The position numbers and the translations under genes are program-made. A stretch of 64,000 nt of DNA from Oopsacas minuta (Eukaryota; Animalia; Porifera), in NCBI GenBank assembly GCA_024704765.1, contig JAKMXF010000308.1, positions 384,800-448,799 of the forward strand, written 5' to 3'. Position 1 is the stretch's first letter. The number at the start of each line of letters is the position of its first letter. The notes under the pieces were generated by a model that was not told the DNA's origin, did not search any database, and was given only the letters and a program-made list of their open reading frames with translations. Positions 36,707 to 48,430 of the stretch are shown piece by piece.

Positions 36707-39700
36707 CAATAGATTACTTTAATAAAGGACTGTGGGCTATCAGCTCGGGTCTTGAAACTTTGGTCCATTATGTATTTATCGAGATCTCGTAAACTGCTAT
36801 AGTTAGATACCCCAAATGTGTTATTATTGAATAGGAAGTTATACTTTAGGGCCTATTGGTCACGTTGCCTTACCTGAAAGATTTGTGGAATGTGAATTAT
36901 GCGGTTTTCACACCTTTCTATACTATGTTAATAATGTCGAAATATCGCTTCCATTTAGAGTTAGACATGATAAGTGTGTTATTATACAATGGGAATTCAT
37001 GGGTAAGGAGTCATTTAGTCACATTTCCCTACCTCAAATATTTGTGGAATGTGAGTTATGCGGTTTCACACCTCCATATAAGGTAAAATCGTGAATATTT
37101 CGTAATTGGTACGAGTTAGGTATTGCAAATCTATAATTATCTTGTAGTCTATTAGTTTAGCAGAACATTAGCATGCCAAAGCGTTGTGCAGCTTACAATT
37201 GTCGGGGTAATTATATAGGTGAACCTCATACTCCAGTTGTAAGTTTTCTTACCGATGATGATGAACGGAAAAGATGGATTGAGACAATGCCAAATGATCC
37301 CGGTAGTTTCACTGATGGAAAAGAAATGTTTGTATGTGCGTCACATTTTGAATACAAATGAGTCACTGTAAGCGGCCGATTGGACCTCCTACCTATTTTA
37401 AGGGAGTAGCAAAATCCTGCCTGAAGTAAACCTTGACATATCCCAGGCCAACCAAGAAGGCTTCCTCGGATGTATGTGAAAAATTGTAAAAGAAATATCA
37501 AGACAAATTTGTAGGATTGATAACTTTTCATCTTTTACAAACGAGGCAGCAGCACGTTATACCTCGTTTAGTGTCAGAAGCAAATGCAGGGAAATGACAA
37601 TGTTAAGTTGGATGATCTCTGTAGAAAGGTTGTTCAATTTATCTATTTCAAGGAAAGTGAATCACCTTTTGTTTTGTTGCACTAGTGGAGGCAGAGAAAG
37701 ATGGCTACGCGATTCCCAAACGTTATTTCAGTCTACAGAAGAATAACCTTCTTCATAGATGGTCTCGAGTTGATGAAATACTTTCTACTGTGGAGAATTA
37801 TCAAGCGTCTAATTCTGATCATTTGGCGAAAGTCATGTACGAGTTAAAACAAATGATATCGGAAGTGCAAGAATGTCTACAATTTCAGTCCCTAGGGTGC
37901 AACTCGACAACCTCTTGACGCCCTACAATAATATCCGCTACACAAAGCATCTGCTTATTCTGGCTGGAGAACTTCTATGTATCTCTCCAGCAGCATACAG
38001 GATGTTAAGAAATTCAAGAACTATTATCCTTCCTTGGGAGAGATTACTTCGAGATTAGATGACGCGCAGCTTTCCGAACAACGAATTGCCTCGCATATTT
38101 GAAGTTCTCAAATCAGAGCAACGTTTTGTCAACATTTTGTCAACATTTTGTTCGATGAAGTAAAGCTATTTAAAACAAGTCGCTTCAGTACAGGTCACAT
38201 TATTGGCATGCCAGTGAACAAGCCACCTCAGCCATTTGTACCGAAGTTGTTTGTCATTAAGGAGGGTCACGTTTGGTATTTGGTATCCACCCAGTGAAGA
38301 ACATAAATTCAGCGGATCTCCAAATAATTTTGTTGGAAATTATGGAAGTCATGAAAAAGAGTGGTGTGAGACCAATATCCTTTATCTGTGATAACCGCCC
38401 GCTAAATCAAGAAGTATATAAATACTTGTGTTCCAGGAAGAGTGGTGTTGGATGGAATCGAAGTATTTCTCTTCTATGATTTCTTACACATAATGAAAAA
38501 TTTGCGAAACAATTGGATAACAGATAAACTTCAGGAGTTATCATTTGTAGAGGACAGTATAGAATACCTCGCATATTGGAAAGATATTTAAGCACTTTAT
38601 GAAGAGGACAAAAAATGCCCACTATCACTCAAAAAGCTTTCACATACATCAGTATTTCCTAAAACTCTCCAACGACAGGGCGTACCACTAGTCTGTCAAG
38701 TATTTCACGAGAAGACTGTTGTAACATTAAGAAGCTTTGAAAAATACAGTAAATCCCCAGGAAGGGACTTTTAGGTTAATCACAATGGTCACAAATTGGT
38801 TTAAAATGGTGAATGTGATGGATAAGTTTGGGGCAATCAATCTACGGGATCCATTTGGAGCTCCATGGACACTCAACTGCGAAAACTTCGACAAGCTGTT
38901 AGCAATGTGTGATTTGATAGGTTCCTGTCGCCGGGAAGGTGGCAAATATAGGCAGAGAAAGATAACAAAATTTACTGCTTATGCTTTCATAGTAACGACA
39001 AAGTTCAGCGTTGCCGCCGCCACGTATCTGTTAACTCATCACCAATTCGAAATTGTCCTTCCTGCTGTTTTTTCTCAAGATCCTCTGGAAAAGTTTTTCG
39101 GACAATCCAGGCAACGACACGGTGGTAACTTCTACATTGATGTAGTAGATGTTATCTCTGCATACAAGGCACATCGATTGCATCAGATGCTGAAATTTAA
39201 TATCATTCCACAAGGTTGTCTGGAGTGGAAATGCTTATGTTGTACAGCACCTATCGTATTAGAGGATATAGATGTCATGCTGGAGACAAGTACAGAAGAC
39301 ACGCAAACACTCCTTGATTCCACTGACACTCTTAAACATAAAGTAGTCTTCATTGTAGGATTCTTAACATATAAACACCTAGGGCCGGGAGAGGGAGATG
39401 AGGTATCAAGTGAATTCTTGCAAGAGCTTGACAGAGGAGGGTTGAGAGTGCCTACATTAAACACCACATGTTTTGTATACATAGCCATCAATCTCCTCGG
39501 AAAGCTTCCTGGATCAAAACACAGATAGCGAGTGTCCATAATGAAAATTATTTCATATGTGGATAGTCCTCTTGTGGAAAAATGGGAGATGAGTTGTACT
39601 TTTGTTAATACCTACTAAAAGCTCAAGTCAATCACACAAGTGATCGGAAGTAACAGTATGGCTGTCTTCGAAGGAAGGAGAAACTTCAATAGCTTATTTA

Positions 39701-40089
39701 CAAATTTTGTCTTTGTCATCCTTATATTTGAATGTGTGAAACCGCATAACTCATATTCCACAAATATTTGAGGTAAGGAGATGTGACTAAATGACTCCTT
39801 ACCCATGAATTCCCATTATATAATAACACATTTATCATGTCTAACTCTAACTGAAGCGATATTTTTGACATTATTAACATAATGTAGAAAAGTGTGAAAC
39901 CGCATGACTCACATTCCACAAATCTTTCAGGTAAGGCAACATGACCGATAGGCTCTGAAAGTATACCTTCATATTCAATAATAACAAATTTGTGGTATCT
40001 AACTATAGCGGTTTACGAGATCTCGATAAAGGACCCAAGTTCCAAGACTCGAGCTTGCAGCCCACAGTCCTTTATTAAAGTAGTCTATG
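36707..40089 (+). mobile_element. THAP/P-superfamily element with about 375-bp TIRs; transposase about 37173-39690, disabled
   Basis: 36707-37082 pairs with 39720-40089; termini CA(A)TAGA(T/C)TAC; flanks ATTGCAG / ATTGCGA. THAP MPKRCAAYNC..W..VCASHF; core ILFDEV, ICDNRPLN, YDFLHIMKNLRNNW, QRQGVPL, SQDPLEKFFG. Confidence 0.9.
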
Positions 40090-40910
40090 ATTGCGAAAAT
40101 AAGTATAATACTTAAACATACTCTCTTTCTAGATATCACAACTATTTTAAGGCTCTCTATTTCTTTCAATATATTAATTCAACTCATCATTATACCTAAC
40201 AAGTAGCAACTCTACCGAAGGATATTAATTATCTACATTAAATATTTTTTATATTTTGAAGCTTGGACTGTAGAAAATAATTTAATGAATTTACTTTACA
40301 AAGACGTCCCTAACTATAATTATTTGTTGAAATAGGTTACAATGGAACTATGACAAGTATGACAATTGGCTTCATACACGTACTTATCATCTAAGCATGT
40401 GTTGTATAGTTTATGCAATAATTACCATACGAAGCAACTGAGGAAAATTGAGAAAAAATAATGTAATAAATCATAGAAAAGTACTAGCGTAAGTTTTAGG
40501 AAGTTGAATAATAAGATACGAAAGAACGTATCGATAAATTTTGAAGGGGTTCAGAAGAGAAATACCTTCAAAATTGATCTCAAAGTTAGAATACCTAGTA
40601 CACGAAAAAGTATTTATCGATTTTGCACGTTGCTGCCAATACCGTTTAGTGTTTCACGAAAATTTCGAAATTTTTATGCACTTCTATATCTCAACTATCG
40701 AGTAGCATAAAAATAATTAAAATCAGTCGGATTTAGGGTAAGAAATATGAGTTTGAATTGACCTTACTTTATGTAGAATATGATTCATCTCTCACTCCAG
40801 ACTTAAAAATTGATTTCCTCTAGCTCGCGAGTTATTAATAATTTTTAATGAAATTGATTTTCATAAACATCCATATGCCCAAAGTATACATGTAGAATTA
40901 TAAAATTGAA

Positions 40911-42114
40911 CATAGACTACTATATCATGCAGATAGGAAAGTTGTCGGGCAACGGATAAAAACGAGAGGCCATTTATATAAATCCCATAAAAGTTAAATT
41001 AACCCTTCAAAATTTGTGAACTGAACTTATTTAGGGTTAGAAAATGCAAGAAATTAGTTAAAACCGCCTAAATAGTTCGAACGGCCATCCTTAATCTCTT
41101 TTAGGCGCCATTTATGCGATGATATTAGCATTTTTATAATTTGACTATTTTCTCTAATATATTGTAAAAAATATATTTTATTAACTTTATAATAATATTC
41201 GTTGAATTCGTACATTTACTTCACACTCAAGTTAAATCCATGTTTTAAAGACAGCTTAATGGAAGAAAAATTCTGAATTACAGTCGACTCCGCTTAATCG
41301 GGTCACTTTCGTTCCAGAGCATTTTGACCCGATTAAGCGGAGAACCCAAAAATCCGAAAATATACAATATATAGATGGGTAATTGTATAAAATCATGGCA
41401 AAGACATCCCTACAGTGGTAGTACTATGGTTTTATCTAATACAACTAGTATCGATATGTAAATTATTCGGGAAGAACACATCAAGTGTAATTTGCTTCTT
41501 GCTTGATAACACTCTATTGAAAACCTCCTCTGCATAGAAAATTTGACCCAATTATACTGAGTTTTTTACCCGATTAACCGAATTTTTGACTCGATTAATC
41601 GAAAATATTTTGTATTAGCTCTATGGGCATGATTTCGTTCCAAGAAGAAGTGACCCAATTAAGCGGCTGACCCGATTAACCGGAGTCGACTGTATTTCAT
41701 GGACATGTAATAATATAGTTATCTAAAATAGATTTATGAATTTTGAAATATACGATATTAAGATGTGATCCGAATCCTATTCCAATGAAAACGTGCTAAT
41801 TATTCATACCATATTAATAAATAGGGGGACATTAATTCATCGAAATACAAGAATTTCAAAAAGTTAAAATATTCTATTTTAATGAATATTTGTGTGAATT
41901 TTTGATGTCGTGATTTGAACGCGCTTAAACAAGATGAAGATGGCCGTTTGAACCTTTTAGGTAGTCTTAACTGATTCCTTACAATTTCGGACCCTTAAAA
42001 GTTCAATTCACAAATTTTGAAGGGTTAATTTAACTTTTATGAGATTTATAAAAGGCCTCTCTTATTTATTCGTTGCTTGGCTACTTTCTTATCTGTATTA
42101 TATAGTAGCCTATG
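40911..42114. mobile_element. Non-autonomous P-superfamily-like element, about 200-bp TIRs, CATAG termini, 7-bp TSD
   Basis: CATAGACTAC...GTAGCCTATG; flanks AATTGAA / AATCGAA (6/7); arms about 40911-41110 and about 41920-42114. Confidence 0.8.
41281..41692. mobile_element. pogo/Tigger-like MITE (412 bp)
   Basis: TIR CAGTCGACTCCG(C/G)TTAATCGGGTCA, TA on both flanks, several internal GACCCGATTAA repeats. Confidence 0.9.
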
Positions 42115-43476
42115 AATCGAATTATGACTTTTAGGTGTGTAAATTCAAGGAAATCGTGACTCTAAAAATGTTAACCAAAAAGCAAAAAGTAAAATTTTTT
42201 GATCAAAACATATTGTGTAAAACATCCAATTCACCTCTTTCCAATGATAGTAATTTGGTCAAATCTGATTAGTATAAGTGAGTCAAATTAGTTACTAAAG
42301 TGATCCGAGTCGAATAGTCTACTAACTTCTTCATTTAATTTTTCAAAATATATCAAAAAGTATTAAATATCTTAAAAATATATATTAAATACATAATCCA
42401 CCAAGCATCAATAGTATGTAAAGAAAACTTATATCAAAATAATGTTGAGAAGCCGGTCAAATAACACATTATAGTTAGCACGTTTGGAAATATTTTCAGA
42501 ACCTTAATGTTAAGTAATCACATATATATACATACAATCCAGACGACATTTGCACCAACGATATACTTTCGGATACTAACAAGTTTTTTTCTAGCTATAC
42601 GGAAAGTCGATCAAATGAACTATTGAATTGAACTTGTTTTTTTGTTTGAATTGGCTACTAACTTCTTGGCTATTTTTATACAAATCAAAAATGTGTATTA
42701 CAAAAGTTTGAAGAAACCCTTTGTTCAGGTTCTCTATGCCAAATTATATGTCTCGATTTGAGGTAAAGTAAGGCCAGGGATCTCAAATTTTTATACATAT
42801 CTAATTATCCCTCTGTAATTGTTCATATTATTGCTTAATTAGTATAGCTATACCCCACTTTTCATACCCTGATAGTACATTTTGATATGATGTCTCTGAT
42901 TGTTATTGCGTAATGTAAATAATTACTATATAAGGGCATATTGGGCATTACGTGATATTAGTGAGAGTTATCATATCGAAATGTATAGTCAGGTTCTGGG
43001 AGTCGGGTATACACTATACAGTGGCTAATTTGGTAATAACATGAACGATTACCGAGTTGTAATTCGATATTCATTAAATGTGCGATCCCTTATCTCTCCT
43101 GCAACTCAAGAACCAGCCAACTTTCTGTATATCAGATTTTTGAAAACTTGTGTAAAGGTATCTATAGATCATTTCATGTATTCACCTTGATACGAAAGAT
43201 GGAATATTTAACGTTCTATTAGGTCTCAAAGATGGCATATTTTGGCAAATAAATGCTTATTTACACACATTTTGGCAAATTCTTGAAATTCTTTAGCATA
43301 TAATGATTGATGATATGTTGCTCTACAGATATGAGTTACATTTATTCGGATAAAAATGTACCGATTCTGTAGTATATATCTTACATAATATTTGCACTAT
43401 TGGCTAACCTATCCCTAGTCCAAATCCACACTTTACTGTTAGTCCTTATGTATAGTAGGCTATTGTTGTGATTATA

Positions 43477-43978
43477 TACTGGCAGCCTTCACCGTTCGCG
43501 GTTTCGACAATTGTCGGTGATGTTTTGTCTTGTTTTGTTCGCTCCCTACTATTTGCGGTTTACCTACACACATCATCAATTTGCTACAAATAGTTGTAAT
43601 ATATATTTACTAACAGCATCACAGGTATTGAGTTTTTATTTTCCTATTTGCATTATACATGTCATGTAACTATTGCAGTTTTCATATATGTTAAGAATAC
43701 AAAGCTTTTTTCAAGAAACATTATTTCCATTCTTTGCCCACGGCCCCAAGTATCAAATCTCTTGATTTCGAACTAAATTTGTTAACAAACCTATAATTTC
43801 ACTCACAACTATTATCTATTATTAACTTTTATTGTGTTCAGTAGCACTGTTTGTGTCTTGTCCTCGAATCTAGGAACGAACCCCACTATTCTCATTTGTT
43901 TTAAGTCTCACCGTTCGCGAATTTGTCGTTCACTAAAATTTACAGGATCGTAATCTCCGAGAACGGTGGGTATAATTG
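43477..43978. mobile_element. Degenerate Tigger-like MITE (tentative)
   Basis: CACCGTTCGCGG near the left end and CCGAGAACGGTG near the right end are inverted, with TA flanks. Confidence 0.4.
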
Positions 43979-44249
43979 TATGCTGACCATCATAAATATA
44001 TGAAAATCATTGAATTCCTATTATCGAAACTGGCAACAGGCGTGCCTTTGTCTACATATACTATTTGACATAGATCAACCTATGTGACCATGTTAAAGGG
44101 CATCGTTCAAGCGTAATATATCAATATCTTTCCAATTATATATTTTCTAACTAATCCTAGCAAATTAAATCAATTATGACCTCATTAATTATCACATTGT
44201 TGCTAGCACAAATGACCTATGAAATCCACAAATTCTGTAACCATTTTTG

Positions 44250-45250
44250 AGTTCTACGGGTCTGTTTGTCCCTAAGATTACTATTTTGAAACGTTAAGGA
44301 GAAAGTTGCAGAGTTATTAACATAGTTATTTTGGGAAAAAAATTAATTTGTTGGTAAACATCCAAAAGTCACAAGGACCTATGTCTGCCGAGCATGGAGG
44401 ATGCTCAGGTATTTCATTCCAATCCCTTCATAATACTCGATTACCCCTTTGACTTTATCACTGGATGCATTATCTTGCTACAGCTGTATTCCTTTGTCTC
44501 CACTTTTAGCCCCCTCTAGGTAATCTCAATAGCTGATAATCTGAGTGTTGTAAAAGTCCATTAACTCGCTCACCTTTGAGTACACCAAATCTGAGCTACT
44601 TGGCCATACTTATAGAAAGCAATTGTATACTTTACTTTCTTTGCTCTAAAGTCTGGAGGGATTTTTTGGTCTTGGTTCGCTTCGATCTAGCCAACATTTA
44701 CAATTTTCTTTAGATGACTCCTGAGAATAATACATCCTGCTTTTTCGACCTGTAGCAACAGATTCTTGCAACATTTGGGCGCGTTTTCCTTCTGACCTTA
44801 GATACTAACTATGGGACCCACCTGGCACAAACCCAAATTTTCAGTCTATATGCAGTTCCCAGTATGCTCTCAGAGCGACATATCTCCTCAATTTGAACAG
44901 CAAGGGTCGTTGGATAAATTTTCTTGACTTTATTGATCGAAACTTCTGTGATCGCCGTTTGAGGCCGCCAGACCAAGGGTCATCTTTGATATTTAGCAGA
45001 GTTTACCTTAACACTATGTATCTGGTGAACCAAAGATCCTTTCAACTCTTAAGAGGATCAAAAGGGTCATTTCACAAGTATTTCACCTCAATAGTTCATC
45101 TAAGGTTTACCACCTGGCGAAACTTTAGTCCTCTTCTCTTTAATCATTTTCGTTCGGAATCTTCTTCTTTGTATATAACAGAAAATTTTCATTTTCATTC
45201 CATTAGTCGAGAAATACGCAATAAATTATTCAAGATAATGACTATCAATG
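44250..45250 (-). pseudogene. mariner (DD34D-type) transposase relic, heavily decayed
   Basis: Fragments IKDDPWSGG (EDDPRSGRP-like), VCARWVP, QDNASS and HPPCSADIGPCDFW (YSPDLAPxD-like). Confidence 0.75.
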
Positions 45251-45446
45251 AATATAGTGAAGTGATGTTTTGATTTATAATCCAAAATATAATTTTTGAA
45301 CAAGTCAATTATTCTTCTGAAAATTTGTGAAAAATTGAATTTTGTAGTATATTGATTATATTATAATACTTTGATTATAATTAATTTGATTATACTCAGG
45401 ATCGTTATTATTTAGTGGGTATTTCCAAAGATTATTTGAATGTTTA

Positions 45447-46741
45447 CAGGTTGGGGCATAAGTTCTGTCCGATACTAACTTGGATATATTTTATCCAAAA
45501 ATATTCTGATTACGATAAAACTTCATAATCGTGTTTACTACATCGGTTAAATTTACATAATATCATCATGTTCGATATAGCCACCTTTCTTAGAAATAAC
45601 AGCCTGAAGTCTGGGTTGGAATCGGGATACGGCGCGCCGGAAGTGATCCTGAGGGTTTTTCAACAATTCTCGTTGCAAACAAGCTTTCAATGAGTCAATA
45701 CTCGTATGAGATTTGGCGCAGGCCTTTTGCTCAAGAATGGACCAGACACAATAATCCATGAGATTCATATCGGGGCTGGAAAGTGGCCATTCTTCTTTGG
45801 AAATAAAGTCGATTTTTTGGTCCCGAAACCACTGCTGAGTAGCATTAGCTGTGTGAGCTGGTGACCATCTTGCTGGAAGGTATAATTTGTATTTCTAAAT
45901 TATTTACGACTTGTAGCTTTCACTTCAGCATCCACTATCAGTTCGCGGTCAGTTTAGCATTAATTTTTACACCTGAAGGGACAAATATGAGATTCGTCCC
46001 AGAAATTTGAGGAGATACCAGCCCAAAGCATGACTAAGACCTGGGAATACATCGAAGGCATTGTGGTATCTTTCGAACACTGGTAGACAAAATACTATCG
46101 TTTTGACTACTACTTACCTCTTCTACAGTAAATAGCTTCTTATCAGTAAATAGTATGCGGTCCACAACTGAAAGTGCGGCACGCAATAACAATAGTCTGC
46201 ATCTTTGCTGCCTCTTTTCTCTAATAGTCCTTGTAAGCATATGAACCTTCCTTCCTTTGAGAGACTTTAATTCTAGGTCATCATACAGAAGGCGTCAAAG
46301 CGATCTCGAGCTTACTCCAAAGTCTCTGGCCATTTTTCGCTTCGAACGTCGGGGATTTCGCGCAATTCTCTTCTTGACCTTTTGTTGCAGGCATTTAGTC
46401 CTAGTAGTACGTCGACGTCCACTTCTAGCTCTGTCTTGCATGTTTCCAGTCTCCCTATATCGTTTGACAGTGCGATAGACTAATTTCCCTCAAATTTCAT
46501 CCTCTTTGAAGATTTACAAATTTCGGTTACAGATTTCGCCCTTGAAATAAGCCTATAATTTTGGCTCTTTTGGTTTCCATAACTGTAATATGAAAAGTAT
46601 TTAAGATGATCCCGAAATCAGTATTGCAATCAAATAGAGATATATCAGTATACTTTATGGGCTGATTTCATTCTAGTTAATCAATTATTATTCAGTTAAA
46701 AAGTATATCAAACTATGGGACAGAAATTATGCCCCACCCTG
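45447..46741 (-). mobile_element. maT DD37D element, full length, disabled (ATG 46580)
   Basis: TIR CAGG(G/T)TGGGGCATAA(T/G)TTCTGTCC, TA flanks. QQDG-PAH...SSPDMNLMDY with 37 residues between the Ds once a 1-nt lesion is repaired. Confidence 0.9.
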
Positions 46742-47999
46742 TAATTTAATTTTGTTACATGATGCAGGAACACAAATCTTATTGATGTGGCGTTCAGAAA
46801 ATCATAACATCTGTTGTTATAGAAACAAACGCTTTGCTTGCAAGCGCTCTGCGGGTTGAGAATATTTCTTTATCCTGTAATGCTCAGCACCAAATGCCCG
46901 AATTCTTTCATAGGAACAACAAATATCCCCAATATTTTGTTGACAATGTCATATTTGAATCGGTCTACTCTCAATTGCCACAAACTACCCCTTGAGACAA
47001 ATTTTCTAGCCTGATTTCAAATAAATGCAAAATGTATGAAATTCTTACCAACCATATGATAAATCACATGGATGTGTATATGTTCAATATATAATAATTT
47101 AAATGTACATGCCCGATTACCCTAAACTAGCAGATAAAACGAAATTTATAGCATCATTTTGGGAAGCATGTGCACCAAAAGAAGTGAAAAAGTGATGAAT
47201 TTTATGATAATCTGTGCATTTGAAAATTTAGGATCAGCAAATCTCAAAATTGGACTCTACAGACCCAATTGCCCCTATCAACATGTTGAAACCTAATCTC
47301 TACCATGCTTTTGATTTTACATTGAAAGGTGTGAAAATTTGATTAATCATATAATAAATCATCAAGTTATAGATTGAAAATTTCAAAATTGAAATCTATT
47401 CGATTACTCGATTGCCCCTAATTGCATGTACCGCAGAATCTCTATCATTATTTCTATTGATGAGCAAAGAGTGTGAGAATATGATCAATCATATGATAAA
47501 TCTGTGAATTCATGACATTCAGACTCTGAAAATGTCCAAATCGGACTAAACGCACCCAATTTAACGGAAAACAACGTAAGCTCTAGCATGCATGTATAAT
47601 TTACTTAGAAGGTGTGAGAATATGATCAATTCTTTAAAACGAGGTGAAAATTACAGCTAAGAAAATTATATACCTGACCTACAAATCTTCAACCCTAAAT
47701 GAATATGTGTACCAATTTTCATGTAATTTGGAATTCTAGATTTCGCAGGGCTGCGAGGACGGACAGACAGACTTCGAACATCGTCCAGGCTATTAGAGAA
47801 TCTCCCTATAGGTGCTGCACTAAAATGTCATGGTAAAGTCTGCAAGTTTTTGAGCTATAGCAGCATAGGCATGTATATGGCACATACTTGTCAATATCCA
47901 ATTAAAACTCGATACTCATTGAAATTATGATCAAATCCGAATAGTTAATATGTACTTTACATTCACTACCGTGCACCTGTTACCTCTTTCGTTTGAAAA

Positions 48000-48430
48000 C
48001 ACACATGGCGAACTTATTCTAAAAATCATGAATTCTAGATAATTATGATAGTAATTCATTAGTCATCCTAAAATCCTAGAGGAATTGAGCGAATCCTTCC
48101 CCATTTTGTACGCATGGAAGATACCTACTAGATTTTAGGAAATTGGTAAATTTATGGAATGTATCCGCAAAAGTCCTACTACGGCAATGTGCAAAATTTG
48201 GATAGTGAATTCGTTACACTGAATCTAAAAATTCTAACCTTTTGAGCAAACAGAAACAAAATCAAAGAATATACTCTTGTTAGTACTGGTCCTATATAGT
48301 ATCCCTTATACCAATGTTGAATCTGAAAGAACCTTTTCTTCTGCTGGCTCTTCATTACTAAATTGAGATCAAGTATGAGTCACTCATCCTTAGATTCCTT
48401 AATATTTCTTAAAAGAAATTTCAAAAGTTA
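48000..48430 (+). pseudogene. hAT C-terminal dimerization-domain fragment
   Basis: SIPYTNVESERTFSSAG (about 48300-48350) matches the hAT P.T.V.SER.FS.AG motif. Confidence 0.6.

Noticed and set aside
44893-45273. 126-aa plus-strand ORF and other short track ORFs with TTG/GTG starts
   Set aside because: These are antisense or off-frame shadows of transposase relics, or chance frames; non-ATG starts are unsupported in this eukaryotic context.
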